A DNA stretch of 64,000 bases from a virus (taxonomy: Duplodnaviria; Heunggongvirae; Uroviricota; Caudoviricetes): positions 21,367 through 85,366 of IMG/VR virus record IMGVR_UViG_3300017992_000015; one strand, given 5' to 3'. A program made the translations under genes and the position numbers. Positions 1-9,847 of the stretch are shown here, one piece after another. The notes below the pieces were generated by a model. That model was given only the letters and a program-made list of their open reading frames with translations, was not told the DNA's origin and ran no database searches. The first letter of the stretch is position 1. Each line of letters begins with the position of its first letter.

Positions 1-803
1 GTGGGCGAGATACCGCTGTAGAGTTCGAGGAACTCCACCTCGTAGCGGTTTTCGGCAACGCCACCTCCGCCGACGGTTGTCGCGCCCATTTGTCTGGGTG
101 CGCCGCCTTGGGGTTGCGCTTGGGTGCCGGCTTGGTGGAACTGGACGAACATGCCAGCGTCAAGACTGGTAAGGTCGGGCCAGCGCCAGTTACCTTGGTC
201 ATCGCGTTCGCCGAGCTTGTCCATCAGGGCTTGGCCTGCGGACTGGCTCATCAGCAGCACGACCGGTTGATGGTCGGGCAAGCACCCGCGCGGCGGGTTC
301 TGCGGCTGCGATTTGTGTTCCATCAGGATGCCTTGCATGATGTAGCCATCCTTCGGAGAACTCAGAGGTGCGGCGCGACCCGCGCCGCCGAAGACAAGCG
401 GATTCCAGCTGGGATGCCCGGTGCCGGCTTTCACGGCTTGCTGAATGCTGCGATACAGCATCCAGACGGGGTTCTGCTGGTCGTCCAGCGTGCCGTCCCG
501 CGGATCCTTCATAACGAAGGTAATCCCGGGGTTACCGATGCTGAATGCCATGTCGTATCGACGGATCCAGTCACCGAAGTCCCGATCTTCATCACTCAGC
601 CGGAACGGGTCCCAGGCTGCGAGGTTCTCGGGATCCTTACCCGGGAACGGCCGGAAGATAGTCCGGGTGCCGTTCCAGGTTGGCCGGTAGATTTGACAAC
701 CGGCGTTGTCGTTCAGGATATGCATACCCTGAATTCCACGTTGCGAGGCTTGACCCTCGTTGCGCATACGATAGCGGCCAGCGGCCGCACCTTGGCGTGA
801 CAT
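1..803 (-). CDS. Hypothetical protein, partial (3' end runs off window); start ATG at 803
   Basis: Reverse-strand ORF not in track because it has no in-window stop; AGGAGGT 7 nt upstream of ATG (plus 811-816 'cctcct'); protein-like translation MSRQGAAAGRYRMRNEGQ...; the + ORF 90..800 is its antisense shadow. Confidence 0.5.
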   Translation of the reverse strand, partial: MSRQGAAAGRYRMRNEGQASQRGIQGMHILNDNAGCQIYRPTWNGTRTIFRPFPGKDPENLAAWDPFRLSDEDRDFGDWIRRYDMAFSIGNPGITFVMKDPRDGTLDDQQNPVWMLYRSIQQAVKAGTGHPSWNPLVFGGAGRAAPLSSPKDGYIMQGILMEHKSQPQNPPRGCLPDHQPVVLLMSQSAGQALMDKLGERDDQGNWRWPDLTSLDAGMFVQFHQAGTQAQPQGGAPRQMGATTVGGGGVAENRYEVEFLELYSGISP

Positions 804-927
804 TCGTCACCTCCTACAAAAACGGGTTACAAGTAAACAGTCAGTCGGTTTAGAAGTTGCAAGTCAATCGGTTTAACGGTTGATACCCTGATTATCCCAC
901 ACGGGCGGTGCCATTTCAAGCACCCCG

Positions 928-3900
928 CTAGATATAATCGGGACTAATTCCCAACCGCTCACACTCCTCTTCTGTCAACTTCAAGCCCCATCGCGTGAAC
1001 ACGTCCTGATCCAACCCAAATCGGTAGATCGGACTGTCCGCATACGGAGCTCCGTCTAAGTCACATGCCTGGAAGGACACTTTGTCGACCATGCACTCTG
1101 GCAGGATCTCGTTGTGTACCACGTCCAAGCTGCGACATGGGACCTCCAGCACGATCGCATCGTGGATCTGGAGGACAATCTTGTACCCAAGTTCCTCTTT
1201 ACGAGGATGGTTGTGTAGCCAATATAGCGCCGTCGAAACGGCATCGGCTACCATACTCTGAAACGGAAAATTCAGTGCCTGGCGCTCCAATTCGCCCATC
1301 GCCGCTCGATCAGACGTGCTGATGAATCGACGATACCTACCGAAACAATTTCTAAGCCATCCCGGGTTAGCGACGCGGGCACGGAGTGCCTCTTGCAACG
1401 CTGGAATACCCGGATAGAGCTCGAAGATCGTGTCGATAATGCTTTGCGCTTCCGCAACGGTGATAGGAGCATTTTCTTCCTGGCACTGCCTGGCGCACGC
1501 CTCCGCGGTGCGTCCATAGCCTACGCCGAAGATGATGTTTTTCGCAGCAACGCGCTTGCCCTTCTGCTTGATCGATGCGAGTCCAGCTTTGCTAGCCTCG
1601 CAGTCAAGTTGAAAGGAAGTCACAGCGATATTTGAGTGGATATCATATTGCTGCGGATCGCCATCGGGCAGGTTTGCGCGTAAGCAGTGATCCAACATTT
1701 GCGCATCGCGAGCCATCACCGCCATCCCCATAAGTTCCGCGCCCTTATAGTCTGACTCTACAAGGACGGTAGGTTCGGCATAGCCGGGGTCGGTGTTGCT
1801 GACGATAAATGACCGGATTGGCCAGCGGTATTGGTCACCCAGGATTCTCGAGTAATCGTCTTCGCGACGCTTACTGATATTCTGTAATGGCGGCCTCGCA
1901 CTTGACGCACGTCCAGTTTCCTTCACTTGTTGGAACGAACTTCTCACACGCTGGTCATGGCATATGTACTTAGCGATGCCACCGCCGTAGATCCGTCGGC
2001 CATTGCTGTCGAGTTCGATCTCCGTCGATTTTGCCTTGTACTTAGGCGGACGGAATACGGACTTCAACACTTGGTCGATCAGCCTCACGTCGCGTAGCTG
2101 TAACGCCATTGGGTGTTGTAAACCCAAAATGCCACATGTCTCTTTATCTGTACTCGGCGTGTACTTCTCCTGTTCGCCTCTGGACATCACCCAGCCCCAC
2201 GGCTTACCTTTGCCAGTGGACTTGATGGGCTCCAGGTTGAGCGTCATGGCGCCCGCTGGACGCACGCTGAGCCGCTCTCCTGTGTCCTTGTCACGGCGCG
2301 TAGAGTAGCGCTCGCCGAACAGGAATTCCACACACTGCTGTGAACTTCGAGGGTTGAACGCCGGCCAGTTGATGTCCTCCTGAAGCTTCTTCAGCTTCTG
2401 GGCGCTCACTTCGATGAATTGGTCGGTGAGCTCATCAATGCGTTCGGGGTCGATCTTGACGCCGATCGTGCCCATCTCGTTGAAGGCCGGGAATGCCATC
2501 ATGGACAGATGGAACGGGATCCAGCAGTCGTTGCCGTAGCGATCGCCGTTCAGCAGGTTGCAATGCCTGTCCATCAGCTGACGTGTGTAGGCAGCATCTT
2601 TGCCGCCGTAGGGCAGTAGGACCTCGTCGGGGCACTCTCCGTACCCTTCGAGCTCCTCGTCCTTCATCTTCCGCTCCTTGAGGTACGCCTTCTTCCACTC
2701 GCCCAGCGCAACGTCCCAGCGAGGCGCACCGCACAACCGAGAGGCCATGACTTCCAGCTTGAAGTCACCGGTCTCGTTGTAGGCGTGGTGGGCCAAGCCG
2801 ATGTCGAAGCCGCCTGCGTAGTTACCGCCGCGGATCTCGTCGACCGTGGGCGGTACCTTGAAGCGGTGGGCGATGTTCAGGCCGTTGTGTTCAAGCCACG
2901 GAAGGTCAGCAGCGAAGAAGCTGCCGCCAATCTGGACGTCGTCACGATCGAGCAGCCGGTTAAGGTGATCGATCGCGCGCGAAATGCCTGGTCGAAACGC
3001 AGTACCACCGCCCTGCCCTCGCAGGACGATGACGGCGGCATACTTGCCGGTGTGGCTTACCTGTATCGTACGGAGGTACGACCCCGGCTCGCCGGGATGC
3101 TGGCCGTGCCACTCACCGTCAACTGCTATCTTTTTCAACCCAGGGCGAGAAAGGACGTAGTCAACGTACTCCTTCAACTCCCTTTCCTTGTACATGTATT
3201 GGATCGTGATGTTGTCGTTCTCTGCGCTCGTAAACTCCTCGCCACGGATCAACTGGATGAAGTTCCGCAGGGTGGCTTCGAACGCCGGGTACAACTCCGT
3301 GGTACGCAGCACAGCCGCCGGATGCGTGATGGCCATCACCTTGGAGGTATGCAGGTCATCAGGCTCGCCATACTCTTGCAGCATCTCAGTGCGCTCGACG
3401 TAACGGCCCACCATGGTATTCACTGTGTTGCCCGGGATGACCGCTTTGGTCGCTTCGGCCCCGAGGCACAGGATATAGTCAGGCCGGTACAGCCGGATCT
3501 CCTGGTGCAGCAGCGGAAGACAGTCCTTGATCCACGCCTGCGGCAACGCGCCGCTCTGCGGATTGACGTTCATCCAACGCACCAGGTTACACACGTACCA
3601 ATCATTGAGCTCGGCATCACTCAGACCGAGCGCGGTCAACGTGTCCTTCAGTTGCCGGCCAGACGGGCCGACGAAGTTGCGTCCCTCGCCTATCTCTTCG
3701 AGGCCAGGGTGCTTTCCAACAACCATCACACGCGGTCGTCCCCGCAGCTCCTCGTTCTCGAGGTACTTGGGACCTTCGGCATGATCGCCCCAGAGATGCC
3801 CGGGCAGGATGCGCACCGTCTCGGTACGCCCTTTCACCTTGATGGGCATGTGGAGTTCGTTCGAGTACAGCGCCTTCAGATACAGGCACTGCAGCTTGAA

Positions 3901-4113
3901 TCCGGCTTCGATGCCGCGCTTGTTCTTGCCCGTACCCTCTACGACGTAGGGGTTAGCATCGCCGAGCGCTTTCGCGTGGGCGATGAAGTCCGGGCCAGGC
4001 GGCGGCATGCCGGGAGACACGAGGGGGTACATCGGAAAGCGCCGACTGTACTCGTTGTCCTCGTCGTTGCGGAAAATCGCTTGAAGGTCGTCGAGACCTA
4101 GTTCAGGAATCAT
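928..4113 (-). CDS. DNA polymerase I (family A) with N-terminal family-4 uracil-DNA-glycosylase-like domain and 3'-5' exonuclease domain
   Basis: UDG-4 motif GKHPGLEEIGEGRNFVGPSGRQL near N-term; PolA motif B RVAAKNIIFGVGYG and motif C LQIHDAIVLEV; 1061 aa. Confidence 0.85.
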   Translation of the reverse strand: MIPELGLDDLQAIFRNDEDNEYSRRFPMYPLVSPGMPPPGPDFIAHAKALGDANPYVVEGTGKNKRGIEAGFKLQCLYLKALYSNELHMPIKVKGRTETVRILPGHLWGDHAEGPKYLENEELRGRPRVMVVGKHPGLEEIGEGRNFVGPSGRQLKDTLTALGLSDAELNDWYVCNLVRWMNVNPQSGALPQAWIKDCLPLLHQEIRLYRPDYILCLGAEATKAVIPGNTVNTMVGRYVERTEMLQEYGEPDDLHTSKVMAITHPAAVLRTTELYPAFEATLRNFIQLIRGEEFTSAENDNITIQYMYKERELKEYVDYVLSRPGLKKIAVDGEWHGQHPGEPGSYLRTIQVSHTGKYAAVIVLRGQGGGTAFRPGISRAIDHLNRLLDRDDVQIGGSFFAADLPWLEHNGLNIAHRFKVPPTVDEIRGGNYAGGFDIGLAHHAYNETGDFKLEVMASRLCGAPRWDVALGEWKKAYLKERKMKDEELEGYGECPDEVLLPYGGKDAAYTRQLMDRHCNLLNGDRYGNDCWIPFHLSMMAFPAFNEMGTIGVKIDPERIDELTDQFIEVSAQKLKKLQEDINWPAFNPRSSQQCVEFLFGERYSTRRDKDTGERLSVRPAGAMTLNLEPIKSTGKGKPWGWVMSRGEQEKYTPSTDKETCGILGLQHPMALQLRDVRLIDQVLKSVFRPPKYKAKSTEIELDSNGRRIYGGGIAKYICHDQRVRSSFQQVKETGRASSARPPLQNISKRREDDYSRILGDQYRWPIRSFIVSNTDPGYAEPTVLVESDYKGAELMGMAVMARDAQMLDHCLRANLPDGDPQQYDIHSNIAVTSFQLDCEASKAGLASIKQKGKRVAAKNIIFGVGYGRTAEACARQCQEENAPITVAEAQSIIDTIFELYPGIPALQEALRARVANPGWLRNCFGRYRRFISTSDRAAMGELERQALNFPFQSMVADAVSTALYWLHNHPRKEELGYKIVLQIHDAIVLEVPCRSLDVVHNEILPECMVDKVSFQACDLDGAPYADSPIYRFGLDQDVFTRWGLKLTEEECERLGISPDYI

Positions 4114-5224
4114 TCTGTAGTCCTAACAGATCAACATTCTGGTTTACGGAACTTTGCCATACAAGATCCCAGAAGCGATCCTGATCCATGTCAGCTGGAT
4201 CGCAACCGTCTGGGAGTTTCACGACCACCGTCGGCATACTGCCCAGCTGCTGCTGGATACGCTCGACTCGGTCCATTGCGTCAGGGTCGAGAGCGATCAC
4301 GGCTGCTTTCCAGTTCTGCGCGATCAGCTCTGCCTGCTGCGGGGATATGTGCTTGCCGAGGAGCGAGATCGCCCCCTGGCCGACAGCCCACACGTCGGTG
4401 ACGCCCTCGGTTATGACGCAGTACGGATACGCCCTGGCTATGTCGAAGCCGTACAACATGAGTCGCCGGTTGATGCCGGGACAGTTGTAGTACTTGGCGG
4501 TGGTCTTCCAGTCTGCTTCATATGGCGGGCGGGCTTGCCAGCCAACCATATCGCCGTTCATCACGATCGGGATCACCAACCGTCCGAACGCCATCGGGAA
4601 GCGCGCCGAACCACTCTCGCAGTACGTCACGCCGTAGCGTGGGCCAACTGCCGCGGGGTCAAAGCCGCGGGTCGCCAGGTACTGCCATGCGTGGTGCTCC
4701 GGTCGCAGCTGGTCCACCCGCAAGCAGCGGCCAGGCCAGTCGACGAGTCCGAGCGACGCCATCGGCACAGTGTGGAACTGCAGCTTGACGGCGGGCGCGT
4801 GTAGCTCCCGGCCGATACCGCCGTAGACCCAGGTCTGCAACTGTTTGGTGTTCGCCGGGTTCTCTTCGCAATGCTCGTTGTAGCACACCCACGCCCACCA
4901 AAACCGATCGTTCGGCTTCAGTTTGGTCTGCGGGTCATCCTCGTCGAGGCCGACGCCCCAGCGATGGCTGATCCACAGTCGGTGTTTGGTATCCACCGCG
5001 CGCTTCTGCTCGCAGAACGGGCAGCAGACGCGATAATACTCTCCGCCGAGGGTGTCGTACTTGAAGCCGCTGCCGTCATACGTGTAGTTCCCGTAGATCG
5101 GCTCGCCTTGCTTGGCGATGATAACATCGCCGAAGCGTTTCTGGAGCTTCTCGTAAAGGAACGGGTTGATGACGTGTGCGCCTGCGGCATCGTTGCCCAG
5201 GGTCACGCCGGTAACCGATTTCAT
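4103..5224 (-). CDS. DNA primase (zinc-ribbon + TOPRIM, T7 gp4/DnaG-like primase domain)
   Basis: CCPFCEQ...CYNEHC zinc ribbon; TOPRIM motifs CVITEGVTDVWA and ALDPDAMD; 11-nt overlap with polymerase start. Confidence 0.8.
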   Translation of the reverse strand: MKSVTGVTLGNDAAGAHVINPFLYEKLQKRFGDVIIAKQGEPIYGNYTYDGSGFKYDTLGGEYYRVCCPFCEQKRAVDTKHRLWISHRWGVGLDEDDPQTKLKPNDRFWWAWVCYNEHCEENPANTKQLQTWVYGGIGRELHAPAVKLQFHTVPMASLGLVDWPGRCLRVDQLRPEHHAWQYLATRGFDPAAVGPRYGVTYCESGSARFPMAFGRLVIPIVMNGDMVGWQARPPYEADWKTTAKYYNCPGINRRLMLYGFDIARAYPYCVITEGVTDVWAVGQGAISLLGKHISPQQAELIAQNWKAAVIALDPDAMDRVERIQQQLGSMPTVVVKLPDGCDPADMDQDRFWDLVWQSSVNQNVDLLGLQNDS

Positions 5225-6876
5225 GATGTGACCTCGTCCCAGTAGTCGTCAGATTCGTTTTGGATGTTGTCGTGGTAGTTCGCAACATCGTCACGCGGCA
5301 CGATCTGTCGTCGGACATGGTCCGGCTCAAACTGGTCCGACACGTCGGTCAGCTTGCAAAACCCGCCGTCTACGCGTACGATCGCCGGAGGCATACCTTC
5401 ACCGTGGCGCGTCTTCGTAGCGACCAGCTGGCAGACATTATGCTGCTTGTCCTTGGTCCCTATGCAGAACGCATACCACGCCATATTGGCGAAGGAGGCA
5501 CACCACTCGGCCTCATTGTGGTTTGGGGCAACCGATGGAGACCTGCCTGTCGCCTGTCCGCGAAGCTGGTGCGGCAGCCATACAGTGCAGTTGAACTCGG
5601 CAGCGACTTGCTCTTTCAGCTCAGCGACCAAGCCGCCCAGCATCACAGCCATGTTGCTGCCGTCGACCTGACGGTTCGTCTCCAGCAGGTGCTTCCGCAC
5701 CATCAGGCCCGCCCAGTCCAGCACCACGGTGCGGATGGGTATGTCGGACTTGCCCTGGATGGCGAGTAACCGTTGCCGTGCCTCCATAACGCCGCCTCCG
5801 CCGCCTTCCTTACCGTCGTGGAAGTCGACGAACTTCATGTACCTGTTGAGCCACCCACGGGCAGCTTGCAGGCGCTCACGTTCGCCCAGCAGCTCACCAG
5901 TGGCGGGCGCTGCACGATACATGGTCTGCTCGTAGCTCTTCAGATTGCCCGTAGTGCTCAGCGGCTCTTGCATGAAGCGCAGCTGGTTCTTCGGGACCTG
6001 CGCCGCACAGGATGCAGCACGGATCTGTAGCATTCGACGGTTATCCTCGTAGCTGATGAAGACCACCAGGCCGGGCTCACCGTCTCCGGTCATCTCGATC
6101 TGGTTCTGGATGCGTGCGATCGACACCGCCATCTGCATGGACAGTGTAGTCTTGCCGCCGCCCGTGGCTCCGATGATGACGTTGACGTCACCCGGCTCGG
6201 AACCGCCTTCCATCGCGCGATCGATAAACGACACGCCAGTCGGCCAGCGTGGCCGCGCTACTTGGTCCCATTCCATCGGTATTGTCTCCTCTTCGTTGAC
6301 ACGTCCGATAGTTTCGATCACCTCGATCTGCTTCTGTGCTGCGAGCACCAGCTTTGGGAGATCGTTGATGTGGCTGTAGCCCGCTCTGGCGACGGCGTCC
6401 TTCAACCTGCGGCCGGGGCCGCGGTCAACCAGGACCTTCCGCAGGATGTCCAGCGCGGCGTCGGGCTCGAACGACGAGATTGGGTTGACGTTCTCGTCGA
6501 AGATCCAGTCCATCACGCCCTCTGCCACCTTGAACACATCGGCGTGCAGGTTTGGCATGGCGTTAAGCTCGTCGATCACTCGGATCCAGATGCTCTGCCG
6601 ATTGGGTAGGCGGTTGTACTTGTCGAAATACTCGTACAACGCCTTCAGGTACACCCGATACGGCAGCTCTTGCGGGAAGCCGAGATGCTCAGGCTCCAGG
6701 TGCTGACGCACAGCATAGTAGACTTCGCGGTCACGAGAAGCGTGCAGCAACAGGAACTCGATCGAGAAGTCGTCGATCGGATTGGGATCGATATCGTCCT
6801 TCTTGGTTTCCTGGAGTTGCCCGGGCTCGTTGACAGGAGCTACCGGCGCTTCCACTTTGACCATAGGGTTCTCCAT
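5221..6876 (-). CDS. DnaB-like replicative DNA helicase (start re-assigned to Met45; track ORF extends to 7008)
   Basis: RecA-fold Walker A VIIGATGGGKTTLSMQMA, Walker B VVLDWAGLM; AAAGGGG SD 5 nt before ATG at 6876; 4-nt overlap with primase. Confidence 0.8.
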   Translation of the reverse strand: MENPMVKVEAPVAPVNEPGQLQETKKDDIDPNPIDDFSIEFLLLHASRDREVYYAVRQHLEPEHLGFPQELPYRVYLKALYEYFDKYNRLPNRQSIWIRVIDELNAMPNLHADVFKVAEGVMDWIFDENVNPISSFEPDAALDILRKVLVDRGPGRRLKDAVARAGYSHINDLPKLVLAAQKQIEVIETIGRVNEEETIPMEWDQVARPRWPTGVSFIDRAMEGGSEPGDVNVIIGATGGGKTTLSMQMAVSIARIQNQIEMTGDGEPGLVVFISYEDNRRMLQIRAASCAAQVPKNQLRFMQEPLSTTGNLKSYEQTMYRAAPATGELLGERERLQAARGWLNRYMKFVDFHDGKEGGGGGVMEARQRLLAIQGKSDIPIRTVVLDWAGLMVRKHLLETNRQVDGSNMAVMLGGLVAELKEQVAAEFNCTVWLPHQLRGQATGRSPSVAPNHNEAEWCASFANMAWYAFCIGTKDKQHNVCQLVATKTRHGEGMPPAIVRVDGGFCKLTDVSDQFEPDHVRRQIVPRDDVANYHDNIQNESDDYWDEVTS

Positions 6877-6887
6877 GATGCCCCTTT

Positions 6888-7601
6888 CTAGAGTTTGAGC
6901 TGCAGTAGTTCTTCGGCTTCGGCTTTCATTTCGGCAGGAATGGTCGCTTCCCACGTACGCGTATACCCGATCGGATCGGACATGAACTGCTGAAAGCCTT
7001 CTTCCCACAAGTCCTTGGCACAGGCGAGCCCCTCGGAAGAGGCCACGCAGTACCGGAACAGCGGCGGGAGATCCAACATTTTATTCATGAGAATAAGTTC
7101 CCAGCGCTCCCTGGTGGGCAGGTGCGGGTACTGTCCCGCGCATTCAGCGCTAGCACACTTGAACTCGAGTTTGGCAGACTCCAACTGCTGTACCAGCATG
7201 CTGTCGGCACGGACGATGTACTGCGTGTACTGCTTCATCGCCTTTTCGGACGTGAGCATGTTCACCAGCGGTCCGTGCTCGAGCGTCTGCAGCTTCTCGC
7301 TGCTCGGCCCGTACTTGAACTGCACGTGGATGAACCGCTCGGCATTCGACCAGCCCGACTGCATGATGAGGCGTGCCAGCCGCGGCCAGCAGTCACCCAG
7401 CTCGCGCGTGTTGAAGTTCGGTAGCTTGACATTCTCCACGCGCATAGCACGCCAGTATGTCTCGCGTTTGTACGCTTGGTAGAGCCGCCTGGCCATGTGA
7501 CCAGCGGGGTTGGTGGAGAACATGTTGCGTTCCGGCAGCGCCTCGTATTCTTCCGGCGGCGGCCGCTGCATACGCAACGAGCTATTTCTGTGTTCCGACA
7601 C
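6888..7601 (-). CDS. Hypothetical protein (237 aa)
   Basis: Long ORF with protein-like composition in replication operon. Confidence 0.45.
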   Translation of the reverse strand: MSEHRNSSLRMQRPPPEEYEALPERNMFSTNPAGHMARRLYQAYKRETYWRAMRVENVKLPNFNTRELGDCWPRLARLIMQSGWSNAERFIHVQFKYGPSSEKLQTLEHGPLVNMLTSEKAMKQYTQYIVRADSMLVQQLESAKLEFKCASAECAGQYPHLPTRERWELILMNKMLDLPPLFRYCVASSEGLACAKDLWEEGFQQFMSDPIGYTRTWEATIPAEMKAEAEELLQLKL

Positions 7602-9249
7602 GGTTCACTCTCATGCCTGGGGTCCACAATTTGCCGTCAGCCAGCAGCTGCGTCCATCCGCGTTTGTGATAATCGCGTCGACGGTCTGCGGCTCGGCCTT
7701 TGAACTTCGTATCCCATACGTCATTGAAGTCGATGAGAATGCCACACTGCTTGCCGCTCGATGGGTCGATTCGACACACGCGGCCGGGCAGTTGGATGTT
7801 GGTAGTTTCGCTGGCGCCGGCATCGGCGCGGATCAAGACGTTCAGCGAATCGAAAGACACGCCGACGGACCAGACACCTGTAGCGATGACCAGCTTGATT
7901 TCACGGTTCTCGAACTGGTGCCGCAGACTGTTGCGCAGCGCCGTAGTCATCTGTTCGTCCTCGTCGAGCAAACCGTTCCGTATGAACATGGCCCGCTTCG
8001 ATCCGTCGGTGAGAGCACCTTCAGAGTAACACAGCGCCGCCTCCGGCAACAGCTTTCGCAGATGCAATGCATGGTCCACTGTGTCGACGAGGATGAGCAC
8101 CTGATCGTCGCCCTCTCGGAACGCCCGAGCGGTTTCAGCGATGACCTGGTTGCGGTATTGATTCCTCCAGATCCCGTTGCGCTTCTGCGCCACGAGAGTC
8201 TTGATGTTGGCGATCGGGTTGTGCGACAGCCGAACATCGATCCACTGTACGAAGACAGGCGACACGAGTCCCGCCTGCTCTGCCTCTTGCTGAGACATCT
8301 TGAAGACGCACGGCCCAAAGATGCCCTCCATGCGGAAGTGGGCATTGTCGAGGCGCGTGTCCGGGGTAGCAGAGAATGCGAAGTTGCGAGAGTAGTGATA
8401 GTTGCCCAGCAGCTTGGCTAGACGATCTGTCATCAACTCGTGCCCTTCGTCGGCCAGCATGATATGCGCGTCGAAGTCAGAGTGGTGCAAGCTGTCAGCG
8501 GTGTAGACCGTGACTCGCCCCTTCTGCTTCTTGCCTCCGCCGACCATACCGACGCTAGGGACCCAACGCGTCAGGAGATCGCGTATACGGCCCACCACGT
8601 CCTTTCTCTTGGCCACGATGTCAATCTTGGCCCTCGGGTACATGGAACTCACCATGGCCATTACGTGCGTCTTACCGAACGCTGGAGGCGCATCGATATA
8701 GCCACCGTCGTGCATGTCGATCTGGGCGAGACACTCGTCCTGCTTCGCACGGAGTTGGAAGCGTTCGAAGATCCGATCCCAGTCGGGCGTGTAGATGACA
8801 GGATCCACAGGCGGATCCGTGTCGACGAAGGTGATGGTATACCCGGCTTCCTCAAGTAACCCCCTAACCCGGGGGTAGAAGCCGCGCTGGCAGATGAAAT
8901 GTCCGTTATTGTCGTACTGATAGAGCTTTCGGCGCTCGCCGGACATGCTCTGCCGATCCCCCGTATGGGGGTCATAGGCAGCTGCACCGTAGTGAAACGT
9001 GAGCTTGGTGTACCAGAGCTGGTTTTCAAGGATCCGGTATTCGTTCGGCGTGAGCGAAGCTACGCCGTCCTGCGAGACCGCAATGAACGGTCCGCTTTTG
9101 CGGATCATTGCCACTTTTGACATTCTGCGTCCTTTGGTCCCCCCAACGGGGTTGACCACATGCGCAGGGTCCGCTATCATTGGCAGTAACATACCGCCAT
9201 GACCGCATGCCCCTGCAGGTCGTGAAACACAAAAGGCTCGCTGTGCCAC
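7582..9249 (-). CDS. Superfamily-2 DEAH-box DNA helicase
   Basis: Walker A APPAFGKTHVMA, motif II MLADEGHELM, C-terminal helicase domain (LVIATGVWSVGVSF...QLPGRVCR). Confidence 0.7.
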   Translation of the reverse strand: MAQRAFCVSRPAGACGHGGMLLPMIADPAHVVNPVGGTKGRRMSKVAMIRKSGPFIAVSQDGVASLTPNEYRILENQLWYTKLTFHYGAAAYDPHTGDRQSMSGERRKLYQYDNNGHFICQRGFYPRVRGLLEEAGYTITFVDTDPPVDPVIYTPDWDRIFERFQLRAKQDECLAQIDMHDGGYIDAPPAFGKTHVMAMVSSMYPRAKIDIVAKRKDVVGRIRDLLTRWVPSVGMVGGGKKQKGRVTVYTADSLHHSDFDAHIMLADEGHELMTDRLAKLLGNYHYSRNFAFSATPDTRLDNAHFRMEGIFGPCVFKMSQQEAEQAGLVSPVFVQWIDVRLSHNPIANIKTLVAQKRNGIWRNQYRNQVIAETARAFREGDDQVLILVDTVDHALHLRKLLPEAALCYSEGALTDGSKRAMFIRNGLLDEDEQMTTALRNSLRHQFENREIKLVIATGVWSVGVSFDSLNVLIRADAGASETTNIQLPGRVCRIDPSSGKQCGILIDFNDVWDTKFKGRAADRRRDYHKRGWTQLLADGKLWTPGMRVNRVGTQK

Positions 9250-9265
9250 CAGCGGGCCTTTTCTT

Positions 9266-9718
9266 TTACTTGGGTTTTGTCCTGATCCTCCGCGTCACAG
9301 CAATGACATCAAAGGTGCCGTACTTCTGATCCTTGCGATAGGGACTGATGCCTCTGTACTTGCCGGCCACCTCAAGCAACTCCTTGAAGTCGTCGATAGG
9401 AAGTTCCGTCGGCAGCACTGCGTGTACGATGATCTCGTCCCCTGGAAAGAACGCCTCGTGAAGTGTGAACTTCTGCGGGGCGTAGAATCGTTTGTACTCC
9501 CTTGGAGTTCCCTCGATGACGGGCGCCCAGTCGATGTCTTTGACAGCATCGTGGTGTCTATTGACAACTTGAGCCGCATAACGCATCAATGCCTTCCACC
9601 AGGTCGGCATGAACATTACACGGCCGTCAGGGTCGCGCAGCATCTGGTTGAGCTGCTTAGTTCGGCGGTCTCCGAGTGAGTGCTGATTGAACCGCAGCTG
9701 TATCCTTACTTCGATCAC
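9266..9718 (-). CDS. Hypothetical protein (start moved to GTG Val41; alternative ATG at 9751 or 9838)
   Basis: AAGGAAG SD 7 nt upstream of GTG; sigma70-like promoter just upstream on minus strand. Confidence 0.4.
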   Translation of the reverse strand: MIEVRIQLRFNQHSLGDRRTKQLNQMLRDPDGRVMFMPTWWKALMRYAAQVVNRHHDAVKDIDWAPVIEGTPREYKRFYAPQKFTLHEAFFPGDEIIVHAVLPTELPIDDFKELLEVAGKYRGISPYRKDQKYGTFDVIAVTRRIRTKPK

Positions 9719-9749
9719 GGGAACTTCCTTTTGCCCGTTGGCAGTATGC

Positions 9750-9779
9750 ATACTACCTGCCGTTGTTGAGCCTGTCAAC
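9750..9779 (-). promoter_or_regulatory. sigma70-like promoter on minus strand (-35 TTGACA, ~18-nt spacer, -10 TAGTAT) upstream of gene 9266..9718; overlaps a GTATGCATAC palindrome
   Basis: Reverse complement reads TTGACAGGCTCAACAACGGCAGGTAGTATGCATAC. Confidence 0.4.
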
Positions 9780-9847
9780 GGATAAACACCGGCAGTTTTG
9801 ACAATCCCATATTTTGTGGTCAGAAACTTCAACACCACTAGATACGG

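Noticed and set aside
90-800. 236-aa plus-strand ORF (and nested 445..690)
   Set aside because: Antisense shadow of a better minus-strand gene (1..803) that has an AGGAGG-ATG start; the composition is Arg/Leu/Val-rich, typical of antisense frames in high-GC DNA
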